The notes under the pieces were generated by a model that saw nothing but the letters and a program-made list of their open reading frames with translations, ran no database searches and had not been told where the DNA came from. Below are positions 1 through 9,294 of a stretch of 64,000 bases of DNA, piece by piece (positions within the stretch are counted from its first letter, which is position 1; each line of letters begins with the position of its first letter). The translations under genes and the position numbers were made by a program. The stretch is from Bacteroidetes bacterium GWF2_41_31 (GTDB lineage Bacteria > Bacteroidota > Bacteroidia > Bacteroidales > F082): NCBI GenBank assembly GCA_001769215.1, contig MEOL01000044.1, positions 4,219 to 68,218 of the forward strand, in the 5' to 3' direction.

Positions 1-35
1 GTGATTTCTTCATCTTTTGGTTTTACGCGCGTGGC

Positions 36-1664
36 CTATTTTTTCTTGCTTTTTTTTGTGGTTGGTTCTTTCGTTTTCTCAATGTAATAACCTTCGCGTG
101 AAAGGAGGTGATCCAAATTGGCAATTCCATATACCAGCACCGCTGTGGCGATGGAAGCATGTTCTTGGTATTCGGGGATGCTTTTGTTGTATAAATCTCT
201 TTCGGTATGCCAAATTTCACCATAACTAAAATTGTAGCCTTTGGGATCGCCTGTCTGAAATCCGGTGGTGGGAACACCTTCCACCGCGAAAGGGCCACTG
301 TCGGTACCCCATGCTTTTTCGGGTTTTTCACCCGGCTCAGATTTTTCGAGTTTAAATGGAAACTCAGGGTTAATATCGTTTATGGGGGAACAAATGAGTG
401 CCATATCTTCCCACATGGCTTCCGAAACGCTCATTCCTGTTGGAACAGTTGGACCGCCATCCCGGTTTATCATGTTTGATATTTTGTCCAGCTTATCCTC
501 GTTTCGCTCAATCCAACTATGCGATCCATACAGTCCAAACTCTTCACCAGCCCACAACACAACAAGGATGGTGCGTTTAGGTTTTCCACCAGCTTCCATG
601 ATCAGTCGGGCGGCTTCCATGGTCACTGAAACACCGGAGCCATCATCGATGCCACCGGTTCCAACATCGTAGGCATCCAGGTGTCCGCTAACAATCACGT
701 ATTCATCCGGGAATTCCGTTCCCCGCATTATCCCGATGACATTGTGGTAGGGTACAGGCCCCATCTTAAAATGGTTCCTAATATCAAACTCAAGTTGAAA
801 ATAACGGCGTTCTTCTGCCATTTGGTAGATGATTTTGTATTGATGTTCATCGAGTTTGATGTCGGGAACAGTGGGTAAGGTTTCAAAAGCCATGGATTCC
901 AGGTTCTTACGATCGTATAATACCCGGATAGGTGTTTTGGCCGACTGGATAATGCCCAGGATACCGGCATCGCGCATTTCGTGATAAAAAAGGGCAGGCT
1001 CTTCAATCAAAGGGATTAATTCCTTTTTAGGGATCTTGCTGTTTTGCTGATCTCTGTTCTCCTTTTTTATCACCTTGTTTTTCTCCCTGATTTTTTCGTT
1101 TTCCATTTTGATGGAATCCCTTCTGATCCTGGCTTTTTCCGAATAGTTGACGGGCCATCCTTCACTTTCGCCTGAGATGAGCACCCATGCCCCTTTTAAA
1201 GCGCCTTTCATCTGGTCGAATTCGGCCTGTGTTTTAGGCTCGATGAGCACATGCCCGCGTTGCATCCCCTTTGTTCCCGAGGTATACGAAGGGGTGGCGA
1301 AATGTAGCGTCATGCCATTGTCGGAAAGCATTCGGCCAAACCAGGGACCGCGGTTAAAACCTACCGGGAGTTCTCCCGCCTGATCCATTTCTACTTCCAT
1401 GCCCCATTCCTTAAACTGGCTGGCTGCCCAATAAGCCGCGTTTTCAAAAGCATCGGAACCGATGAGGCGGCCCCCGAACCGGTTGCACAACACATCCAGG
1501 TGATGCATGGTTTCGTTATCTGTTTTAGCGATTTCAATCATTCTCAAAACAATGGAATCAGGAGCGTTTGCGACTGTTTTGTTGTGATTTGTATCGATAT
1601 TTTGAGCCATACCGGTCATGGAGCAGGCGAAGAAGAATACAAGACAAGAGTGAAAAAATTTCAT
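36..1664 (-). CDS. M28-family metallopeptidase (aminopeptidase with PA-like insert), secreted
   Basis: N-terminal signal-like MKFFHSCLVFFFACSMTGMAQ. Zn-ligand contexts HLDAYDVGTGGIDDGSG and WAGEEFGLYGS are typical of M28 peptidases. Confidence 0.8.
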   Translation of the reverse strand: MKFFHSCLVFFFACSMTGMAQNIDTNHNKTVANAPDSIVLRMIEIAKTDNETMHHLDVLCNRFGGRLIGSDAFENAAYWAASQFKEWGMEVEMDQAGELPVGFNRGPWFGRMLSDNGMTLHFATPSYTSGTKGMQRGHVLIEPKTQAEFDQMKGALKGAWVLISGESEGWPVNYSEKARIRRDSIKMENEKIREKNKVIKKENRDQQNSKIPKKELIPLIEEPALFYHEMRDAGILGIIQSAKTPIRVLYDRKNLESMAFETLPTVPDIKLDEHQYKIIYQMAEERRYFQLEFDIRNHFKMGPVPYHNVIGIMRGTEFPDEYVIVSGHLDAYDVGTGGIDDGSGVSVTMEAARLIMEAGGKPKRTILVVLWAGEEFGLYGSHSWIERNEDKLDKISNMINRDGGPTVPTGMSVSEAMWEDMALICSPINDINPEFPFKLEKSEPGEKPEKAWGTDSGPFAVEGVPTTGFQTGDPKGYNFSYGEIWHTERDLYNKSIPEYQEHASIATAVLVYGIANLDHLLSREGYYIEKTKEPTTKKSKKK

Positions 1665-1686
1665 AAGGTGATTTTATTGTAATGAT

Positions 1687-2382
1687 TTATTCTGATAATG
1701 CCCATTCCACGGCCTTTTCGGCATGAATGGCTGTGGTATCGAAGACTGGGATGGAAGCATCTTTGGCTGAGATAAGTAACGGAATTTCGGTGCAACCCAG
1801 GATAACGCCTTCAGCACCTGCGGTGATGAGTTGGTGAATAATCTTTTTGAAAATTGTCCGGCTTTTCGCTTTAATTTGTCCCTGAACCAACTCATCGAAG
1901 ATAATCCGGTGGATCAGATCCCGCTCTGCGAGCGGTGGGACAATGACCTCAATGTCAAAGTTATCGGACAGGTACTCTTTGTAAAAGTCTTTTTCCATGG
2001 TCCATTTCGTGCCCAGTAAAGCCACCTTCTTTATATTTTGTTCAGAAACAACCAGCCCGGTAGCCTCGGCAATGTGCAGGAAGGGAATGGAAATGGCTTC
2101 GGTAATGGCCGGGCTACTCAGATGCATGGTGTTGGTGCACAGGATCACCATATCTGCTCCAGCTGCTTCGAGTTGAAGGGCTGAATCCACCATCATTTTA
2201 TCGAGTTCATCCCAATGCTCCTGGTGTTGTAATGCTTCAATTTCCGCAAAATCAACGGTTACCATAATGCTCTTACACGAATGAAAACCGCCCAGTTTTT
2301 CTTTTACTTTTTTATTGATGAGTTGGTAATACACGGTAGATGATTCCCAACTCATCCCACCAATTAATCCTATGGTTTTCAT
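1687..2382 (-). CDS. aspartate/glutamate racemase family protein (aspartate racemase-like)
   Basis: MKTIGLIGGMSWESS start. The two catalytic Cys contexts ILCTNTMH and ILGCTEIP are present. Length of 231 aa fits the family. Confidence 0.85.
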   Translation of the reverse strand: MKTIGLIGGMSWESSTVYYQLINKKVKEKLGGFHSCKSIMVTVDFAEIEALQHQEHWDELDKMMVDSALQLEAAGADMVILCTNTMHLSSPAITEAISIPFLHIAEATGLVVSEQNIKKVALLGTKWTMEKDFYKEYLSDNFDIEVIVPPLAERDLIHRIIFDELVQGQIKAKSRTIFKKIIHQLITAGAEGVILGCTEIPLLISAKDASIPVFDTTAIHAEKAVEWALSE

Positions 2383-2537
2383 AGATACTTTGTAATGATA
2401 CTATTTTAGTAAGGGAAACAACAAGTCGCTTTCCCAATCTTTTACCTAAAGAGGAAAGGTCACAAAAGTAGGGATATTTTAACATGAATAACAGCATGAC
2501 CGGAACATCCCGTAAAATGGATTCAGACCCGATCGCG

Positions 2538-2963
2538 TTAGTAAATTGATGGTTCTTTACGATTCCGCTTTATCACATCGCTTACCAATAAGATATTGAA
2601 GAGTATCAGGTAAATCACCAATTGCGAGAAGGTATTGATTATCAATATAATTAAATACCCCATCCCAAAAAAAGTCAAGGCTGCAACCACCATCAGGACG
2701 GTATTTAGGAAGACTGACCAGATGAGTGCATTTACACGCATCTTCATGTAATGGTCTTTTTCGATCTTTTGTTTTGAAACAGCGAGCAGCGCCAATCCTA
2801 AAAGCAAAAGAATGATGGCCATTTCATCGGCGAAATTGGTTTGGGTGATACCAAAAATAACTTTGTTCAGGTATGATGAGTAGATGGCGAACACGGGAAC
2901 ATCAAGAAAATCGGGTTTAAAATTCCTACTGATCACCAAATACGCCATGATGCAGCCGGCCAT
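2538..2963 (-). CDS. small integral membrane protein, function unknown
   Basis: Several hydrophobic helices. The long ORF start at 3167 overlaps the upstream lipoprotein gene, so an internal ATG at 2963 (or GTG at 3017) is more likely. Confidence 0.45.
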   Translation of the reverse strand: MAGCIMAYLVISRNFKPDFLDVPVFAIYSSYLNKVIFGITQTNFADEMAIILLLLGLALLAVSKQKIEKDHYMKMRVNALIWSVFLNTVLMVVAALTFFGMGYLIILIINTFSQLVIYLILFNILLVSDVIKRNRKEPSIY

Positions 2964-3024
2964 TAAACTTCCAAAGCCCGGATACTTAAATTGGTATGAT
3001 AAAAGATGAAATTTCACCGGGGTT

Positions 3025-3684
3025 CTAATTCTCAGCGGTGCTATAAAGGTAAGAGCTGATTTCGGAACCATTTTGTAAAACGACCGTGGTGTACACGAGC
3101 CCAAAACGGTGATTGACCCGGTATTTGACATTCTTAATGGCCGGGTTGAACCGGCCTGCTCCTTCAATTGTCATCGTTTTAATGTTGTAGAATCCATAAG
3201 GAAAATCATCTACATCAGATTTTGCGGTAACTGTTCGGGTGAAGGTGCCGCCGGTGGAATTTTCGCAGGTATAGGTGTCGCCTACCTTGCCATCGAATTT
3301 GGCAAGAGTGAACGATTTGCCGTCAGCATCCAACTGGTCTGCAATTCCCTCCTTGGTGAACTTCATTTTCAGGTCGCCTGTGAAATTACCGGTAGTTTCA
3401 TCGTAGGTGCCAAAGACAACATTCGACATGGTAGCCGCCAATACCTTGATGTTTGGATCGGTAATGGTTCCGGCCACATGGATCGTTGAAATGCCATTTT
3501 CGAGTTTAGTCACGGTGGCACTTACGTTTGTAATTCCGGATAAGGATGAAATCGAAAAATTATTTCCAACTTCCCCAATGGAAGATTGATCTCCCCCAAT
3601 GTCAGAACTGGATTCTTTTTTACAGCCAATAAACACCAGAGAAGTGATGATGGCAAACAAGGTAATGAAAGCAAGGTTTTTCAT
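3025..3684 (-). CDS. hypothetical lipoprotein
   Basis: Internal start MKNLAFITLFAIITSLVFIGC gives a lipobox-like signal peptide. I recognised no family. Confidence 0.55.
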   Translation of the reverse strand: MKNLAFITLFAIITSLVFIGCKKESSSDIGGDQSSIGEVGNNFSISSLSGITNVSATVTKLENGISTIHVAGTITDPNIKVLAATMSNVVFGTYDETTGNFTGDLKMKFTKEGIADQLDADGKSFTLAKFDGKVGDTYTCENSTGGTFTRTVTAKSDVDDFPYGFYNIKTMTIEGAGRFNPAIKNVKYRVNHRFGLVYTTVVLQNGSEISSYLYSTAEN

Positions 3685-4103
3685 GGGATTTATTTTTATC
3701 CAAAAGTACCATTTTGAAGGCAAAAGTCAATAGGAAAAGTGCTATTTAAAGTGTTTCTATATTATGATATAAAACTGATATCGTGTAGTTTGAAGAATCC
3801 TTTAAGGACCTGTTGTTTGATGGGTAAACGGGTATCAACTGGCCCTCCCGGAATGATTCATTTGGACGTGATTGAAAGGTGAAATTCATGAATGGTTGGC
3901 TGGTAAAGCAACTGTGTTGCACTTGATGTCAGTTAAATGGGACACAATTCATTTTATTTCTGATGGGGTTTTACGATCGCATACAATTCAACGGGATTCG
4001 ATGGGCCGGACTTTTCAAGGGCACTTATTTTTTGAACCCCCATGTAAAAACGAAGGGATAATTCCCTAGATTTACCATCTCAACATCCGATGATCTGTTT
4101 GCA

Positions 4104-5006
4104 ATGAAAATACATTATCGAAATATTTACAATATCCTGATAAAAGCGCTTTCAAAATGGTGGATAAAAGATCCGTTTCGCGAAAGTGCGATAATTGCCT
4201 ATTACGCGATTTTTGCGTTGCCCGGGTTGCTGGTGGTAATTATAACATCTGCCGGGTATTTTTTTGGAAACGATGCTGTAAATAATCACATAACAATCCA
4301 GTTTACATCTACTATGGGCGTTGATACTGCCGAGCAGATTCAAAATATTATTTTGCAGGCCAGCGAAGCAAAAAATTCAGTCCTGGCAACCGTTATCGGA
4401 ATTATTGTCATGATTGTGGGCGCTACCACCGTTTTTGCTCAGTTTCAAAAATCATTAAATACCATATGGGACGTAAAGGTTGATGAATCGAAATATGGTA
4501 TCTGGAGTTTTATCAGGATTCGGTTGTTCTCATTCGGGCTAATCGTTACAATCGCGTTTTTACTTATTGTTTCACTTGTTATTTCCGCTTTGCTTTCGGC
4601 TTTTGGCGATTGGTTATCGGGTCATTTTTCCGAAACATTTTTTATAACACTCCAGGTAGTTAATGTCGTTTTATCTTTTGTAATTATTACAGTTTTGTTT
4701 GCATTGATGTTCAAATTCTTGCCCGATGCAAAAATTAAATGGAATCATGTTTGGATTGGTTCCATTGTTACTGCATTTCTGTTTGATATAGGAAAATTCG
4801 GTTTGGGATTATATTTTGGAAAATTAAACCCCGGCGATGGATATGGCGCTGCAGGTTCGATTATTTTAATCATGCTTTGGGTTTCATATTCTTCAATGAT
4901 TGTTTTTTTCGGCGCCGAATTTACCCGCGCCTATGCCGATTTTATTTCGGGCAGGGTGGTTCCGACAGAAATCGCAAAATCAGATGTTCATTCTGACTCC
5001 GAGTAG
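4104..5006 (+). CDS. YihY/BrkB family inner membrane protein
   Basis: N-terminal IIAYYAIFALPGLLVV motif region, about 6 TM helices and 300 aa, typical of the YihY/virulence factor BrkB family. Confidence 0.8.
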   Translation: MKIHYRNIYNILIKALSKWWIKDPFRESAIIAYYAIFALPGLLVVIITSAGYFFGNDAVNNHITIQFTSTMGVDTAEQIQNIILQASEAKNSVLATVIGIIVMIVGATTVFAQFQKSLNTIWDVKVDESKYGIWSFIRIRLFSFGLIVTIAFLLIVSLVISALLSAFGDWLSGHFSETFFITLQVVNVVLSFVIITVLFALMFKFLPDAKIKWNHVWIGSIVTAFLFDIGKFGLGLYFGKLNPGDGYGAAGSIILIMLWVSYSSMIVFFGAEFTRAYADFISGRVVPTEIAKSDVHSDSE

Positions 5007-5218
5007 TTGTGCCCTTTTCAAAAGTCCGGTCCTTCAAATTTTCTTTCGAAAAATGGCAACTTCTTATTCTGTTAATGCCGTAATAGTGATTACTAACTTA
5101 TTAAATGGTTGCATCCCGCAAAAGTGGGAATGATGTAATATATTCTAAAAATCATTTAAGGTTCACTTACTAAAACTCATTACCTTTGGTTAAGAGATTA
5201 ATCTTTAAACATGGTAAC

Positions 5219-6331
5219 ATGAATGTATCGTTTCAAAAGCTCTTTTACGCCATAGCTACCGCATTTTTGCTGTTTGCAATACTGGTTTTTGCGAAAGCAA
5301 TTCTCATTCCTTTAAGTATTGCTTTGCTTATTTCATTCATACTGCTTCCGTTGGCAAAAAAGTTTGAGAAATGGAAAATTGGTAAAACACTTGCTGCTTT
5401 TCTCTCCATTTTCGTTATGGTTTTATTAATTGGAGGTGTCACTTACTTTTTTTCAACTCAAATTATTAATGTAGCGCAAGAATTCACAAATTTTCAAGAT
5501 AAAATTATTCGTGCTTTTACCGATGTTACGCTATTTATCAATAACCATGTGAGTATTGTGGAAAATCTGGGAAAGGATGAACTCTTTAACCGGATGAAAG
5601 ACTGGATAACAGATTCAACAGGTTTCCTAGTGAGTAAAACAGTTAGCAATTCAGCTACTTTTATGGCCGGACTGATGGCGACCATTGTTTTTACTTTTCT
5701 ATTCCTCTTATACAGAGATGGATTGACAAAAGCATTTCTGGCTTTTTCGTCCGGGGATAATCATGAAAGGGTATTTAAAATGTTTAAATCGGTTCAACAG
5801 GTTGGACAAAAATACCTGTTCGGGATGGTAATTCTTACGGTTATAATAGGATTAGCCAACAGCATTGGGTTGTTGATTATCGGCATCGATAATCCTTTCC
5901 TTTTCGGATTTTTAGGTGCTGCATTGGCCATCATACCATACATTGGGACTACATTGGGAGCTGTAATTCCTGTAATTTATGCTTTTGTTTCTTACGATTC
6001 AATTTGGCCTGCCATTGCAGTTGCCATATTATTTTGGGCTGTTCAATTGGTTTCCGATAATTTTCTCACTCCACGAATTGTGGGAGGCAGTTTAAAAATT
6101 AATGCTTTAACAGCCATACTTAGTTTGTTTGTTGGCGCTGCAGTATGGGGCCTGGCAGGAATGATTTTGTTTTTGCCTTTTGCTGCCATGTTAAAAGTGG
6201 TTTGCGAAGAGTTTGAAGAGCTTAAACCAATTGCACTAATCATTGGCGAGAAAAATAAAAAAGAAGGCACCGGCAGCGAACTATTTTTGGTTGGTTGGTG
6301 GGGGAAAATTAAATCCAGGTTACACGGATAA
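5219..6331 (+). CDS. AI-2E family transporter (PerM/UPF0118)
   Basis: Multi-TM protein with LTPRIVGGSLKINALTAILSLFVGAAVWGLAGM, characteristic of the AI-2E family. The ATG at 5219 is preferred over the TTG at 5186. Confidence 0.85.
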   Translation: MNVSFQKLFYAIATAFLLFAILVFAKAILIPLSIALLISFILLPLAKKFEKWKIGKTLAAFLSIFVMVLLIGGVTYFFSTQIINVAQEFTNFQDKIIRAFTDVTLFINNHVSIVENLGKDELFNRMKDWITDSTGFLVSKTVSNSATFMAGLMATIVFTFLFLLYRDGLTKAFLAFSSGDNHERVFKMFKSVQQVGQKYLFGMVILTVIIGLANSIGLLIIGIDNPFLFGFLGAALAIIPYIGTTLGAVIPVIYAFVSYDSIWPAIAVAILFWAVQLVSDNFLTPRIVGGSLKINALTAILSLFVGAAVWGLAGMILFLPFAAMLKVVCEEFEELKPIALIIGEKNKKEGTGSELFLVGWWGKIKSRLHG

Positions 6332-6535
6332 TCTTGCCATTTGGTTTACCTGCGATGACAATTGCATACCCAAATTTTTAATCCACCTGTTTGCGGCATG
6401 CCCATTAAAAAACACTCTGATATTGGTTCACGGGCTTCGGTTTTTATACCCTCCCTCCGGAATGACACGCGTGGGTAGTTTTATTTTCCCAATCATGAAT
6501 CCATATTCCTTAAAGTCGCCTTTGTTCAGCATCCA

Positions 6536-6825
6536 GGTATCGGTTAGAGGTGAAATCAATCTCCATAATCCCCCCACATCAGCCCAAAAATAAATCACCA
6601 AAATAATGACTCTAAAAATCAAACCAATAAAATTAATTCTTAGATTTACACGACCAAACACCCGATGATCTATTTACAATGAAGAAGAAGGAAATCGTTT
6701 TAACTAATTATAAATGGTTATAATTGAAGCATATAGTGATAATGAAATTAAATGAAAACTAAAAGGAATTTTACCAACAAATCCTGTATAACAGGCATAG
6801 CGGCAATTGGCGGTATGCAGATTTT
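6536..6825 (+). repeat. conserved non-coding element, copy 1 (5' variant I), upstream of the metallophosphoesterase gene
   Basis: By eye it aligns with copies at 47943, 58921, 8860, 10876 and 61114. The shared core is AAACCAATAAAATTAATTCYTAGATTTAC..CCAAACACCCGATGATC.ATTT.CAATGAAGAAGAA...TAGTGATAATGAAATTAAATGAA...GCATAGCGRCAATTGKCGG. Confidence 0.85.
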
Positions 6826-6987
6826 AATCTATATAGTAACAGGTCTCGATTGAAAACAGGGATAATCCCATGAGTTGATAAATAGGGCTATGATGAATCA
6901 AAAAAAATGAAGACCAGAAATTAATGATAAAACCGAGCGGATTCCGAAAAGCTTTATGAGTAGGAAAAATTAAATAATAAGTGTCCT

Positions 6988-8310
6988 ATGAAAACCATTC
7001 TGCGATTGTTAAGTGCATTTTTTGTGATGATATTCTTAAATGTATTCGCATCATGCGATAAGACAGATCCGACAGATCCTGAAATAAACCCCTTTAGCAA
7101 TGGGGGTAATGAGAGGAATATGATAGTTATTATCAGCGATTTGCATCTCGGCGCCGACCTTGATTATGCCGAATGCAAGGTTAACCTTCCCGCTCTTGAA
7201 AAATTGCTTAAACAGATAAAAGCAGCTCCTGATGTTAAAGAGCTTGTTATCGCGGGAGACCTGGTCGATGAATGGTTTGTACCGGCTACAACAGATACGT
7301 ATCAGGGTAAAGACCAGGCTGATTTTGTACAGCGACTTGCGACAGCCAATAAAGGCGTATTTGATGCAATAAACAGCATCATTCTGGAAGGGAATATTCT
7401 GGTTACCTATGTCCCCGGAAATCATGATTTAACCATTACGGCGGCAAATATTGAAAGTGTCCTTCCCGGGATAAACCAGGTACGCGATGAAGTGCTGGGT
7501 TTGGGTACGTATTCCCCGGCCGACTATCCTAAAATAGCCATTGAGCATGGCCACCGCTACAATTTTTTCTGTGCACCCGATCCTTTTTCAAATCAGGATA
7601 TTGCTCCGGGTACCATCCTGCCTCCCGGTTATTTTTTTACAAGAATTGCCGCTCTTTACGTTCAACAAGGAATGCCGTTACCGGGTGATACCACGCCCGT
7701 TGTAACCCCAAATGTTTCTGGCGGGGAGTCCCAGGATTTATTGTATCGATATTGGAAGATGTGGTATATGACGATTAATACGTTCCCGATAGAAAACAGA
7801 TTTGATGAGAAAATAATACATACAAACGTAAATGGATTCACGGGAAATTATTCAGTTGATGATCTTGTTCCTTCTCAATTATCTCCGGGCGGAATGATTA
7901 ATGTGAATCTCTATAATGGAATTCAGGACAATTGGGAGGCGCGGCAAACCCACAACAATGTGCCTGTACACATTACCACTGCCCATGCAATCGATTCTGT
8001 AGATTCAAGTACCGAGACCGATCACCATGCTAATCTGCAATACTTTATGAATCCCGAATCAGATAAAAGAATTGTCGTATTTGGTCATACGCATGTACCC
8101 AGAATGGATTCGACTGAAAATGATATCAATCAGAAATGTATTTATGTCAATTCAGGAACATGGATTGATCATAACCCGGGTAGAACCACGATGAATTTTG
8201 TAGTCATCACGCCACAGGGCGTTGATGCTTCTTCTCAAACTCTGGTAAAACTTTATAACTTTGAAAATGAAGTTGTAACAAAAATGAAGGAAAACTCATT
8301 GCGCTATTAG
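6988..8310 (+). CDS. calcineurin-like metallophosphoesterase, lipoprotein
   Basis: Signal peptide plus Cys (FASCDK). Metallophosphoesterase motifs ISDLHLG, GDLVDEW, GNHD and GHTHVP are present. Confidence 0.8.
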   Translation: MKTILRLLSAFFVMIFLNVFASCDKTDPTDPEINPFSNGGNERNMIVIISDLHLGADLDYAECKVNLPALEKLLKQIKAAPDVKELVIAGDLVDEWFVPATTDTYQGKDQADFVQRLATANKGVFDAINSIILEGNILVTYVPGNHDLTITAANIESVLPGINQVRDEVLGLGTYSPADYPKIAIEHGHRYNFFCAPDPFSNQDIAPGTILPPGYFFTRIAALYVQQGMPLPGDTTPVVTPNVSGGESQDLLYRYWKMWYMTINTFPIENRFDEKIIHTNVNGFTGNYSVDDLVPSQLSPGGMINVNLYNGIQDNWEARQTHNNVPVHITTAHAIDSVDSSTETDHHANLQYFMNPESDKRIVVFGHTHVPRMDSTENDINQKCIYVNSGTWIDHNPGRTTMNFVVITPQGVDASSQTLVKLYNFENEVVTKMKENSLRY

Positions 8311-8326
8311 AGGTAAACGCATGTAA

Positions 8327-8500
8327 ATTTATACTGGCTTAGATAAAGGAATAATTCGGTTCAAGTATGTTAAAGGCGGTATTTCGCAAACCGATACAGA
8401 AGATGTACATTTTGCTCAGGCTATAAACTATTTGGAAGCATATAATCTTGAAATTGGGTTACTTATTAACTTTGGCGAAATAAGTTCAAAATCCAGCAGC
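8327..8500 (+). pseudogene. C-terminal fragment of a GxxExxY (PDDEXK_3) family protein
   Basis: The translated frame reads ..DTEDVHFAQAINYLEAYNLEIGLLINFGE.., which matches the conserved C-terminus of GxxExxY proteins. There is no N-terminal half and no start codon. Confidence 0.5.
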
Positions 8501-8525
8501 CTGAATAATAAAAAATACAGTTCAA

Positions 8526-8760
8526 ATGAATCAAAAAAATCATCTTTCAGACATCATAATATATCAAACTGAAGACGGAAATACAAAAATTGAAACTCGG
8601 TTAGAAGATGAAACTGTTTGGCTTACAATTGACCAAATGGCAGAACTTTTTCAAAAATCCCGCTCAACAATTAATGAACACATTCTGAATATTTACGAAG
8701 AGAAAGAACTTGACACAGAACAATCTATGAGAAAAATCGGAATTTCCGATTTTTCCGGAA
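8526..8760 (+). pseudogene. N-terminal fragment of a RhuM-family protein
   Basis: IIIYQTEDGNTKIETRLEDETVWLTIDQMAELFQKSRSTINEHILNIYEEKEL is the typical RhuM N-terminus. Similarity stops after about 75 aa, and the ORF then reads through REP hairpins and repeat sequence to 8930. Confidence 0.6.
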
Positions 8761-8820
8761 GTAAGTTGTCCTATTTTGGGGGACAAGCTCCTCTCAGCAA
8801 AGTTTCATGCTACCATGCCT

Positions 8821-8845
8821 CCTGCCTTCGGCAGGTAAACCTGCC
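8821..8845. repeat. REP-like nested hairpin (CCTGCC-TTCG-GCAGG / GGCAGG-TAAA-CCTGCC)
   Basis: Overlapping perfect palindromes read directly. It belongs to the same family as 10814, 14874, 44548 and 59844. Confidence 0.8.
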
Positions 8846-8859
8846 GACTAGTGCCACTA

Positions 8860-9198
8860 CCCTGTCATATTATTCCAAAGCAACTCTTTCTAAATTGTGC
8901 GCAGTTAGTGAATCGGAATGTGATACCTAAAGCATCCCGATAAACTTATTACCAAAACCTGACAAACAACTCCATAAATTCTTAACCCCCAATGTAAAAC
9001 CAAAAGTATTAATTCTTAGATTTACCCCACCAAACACCCGATGATCCATTTACAAGAATAGTAGAAACCGGATTAACAAATTATAAACGACTATGATTGG
9101 ACAATTTAGTGATAATGAGATTAAATGAATACTGAAAGATTATTTTACAACAAAGTTTATATAATAGACGTAGCGACAATTGGCGATATACGGATGTT
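8860..9198 (+). repeat. conserved non-coding element, copy 2 (5' variant II)
   Basis: It shares CTTATTACCAAAACCTGACAAACAACTCCATAAATTCTTAACCCCCAATGTAAAACC plus the common core. It ends at GATGTT, 96 nt before ATG 9295. Confidence 0.85.
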
Positions 9199-9294
9199 GT
9201 GTGGCATTAACCAGGGGTTCGCAACATTAGGAGTTATCTAAAATAACAAAATTAAACAGGACTTTTATTAAATTTTTAACCAAAAACATAAAAA

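Noticed and set aside
2964-3167. An N-terminal extension of the membrane protein ORF 2538-3167.
   Set aside because: It overlaps the 3' end of the upstream lipoprotein gene by more than 140 nt, and its translation is not membrane-protein-like.
3872-4069. A 65-aa ORF in the 3724-4103 intergenic region.
   Set aside because: It has no recognisable motif and an unusual composition. It is probably promoter or 5' region of the YihY-family gene.
6340-6540. A possible frameshifted gene remnant on the minus strand (..TWMLNKGDFKEYGFMIGKIKLPTRVIPEGGYKN.. then ..IRVFFNGHAANRWIKNLG..).
   Set aside because: I cannot assign it to any family by eye, and the reading frame is broken. It may be a relic at the island edge, but the evidence is too weak to annotate.
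6428-6661. Minus-strand small hydrophobic ORFs inside the conserved element (also 58874-59059, 61208-61501 and unlisted ones in copies 2-4), e.g. VNLRINFIGLIFRVIILVIYFW. These could be type I toxin-like peptides.
   Set aside because: The start codon is not conserved: ATG in copies 2 and 4, ATA in copies 1 and 3, and a frame shift in copy 5. The C-termini differ with the 5' module. Similarity is fully explained by nucleotide conservation, and no synonymous-substitution bias is visible.
6679-6723. Short plus-strand leader peptide MKKKE(I/T).. starting at the conserved CAATGAAGAAGAA of the element.
   Set aside because: Copy 2 lacks the ATG (CAAGAATAG). The stop positions vary, giving 7 to 14 codons, and the sequence after codon 6 is not conserved as protein.
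8526-8930. A 134-aa ORF taken as an intact gene.
   Set aside because: Only the first ~75 residues resemble RhuM. The remainder is read-through into REP hairpins and the conserved element.
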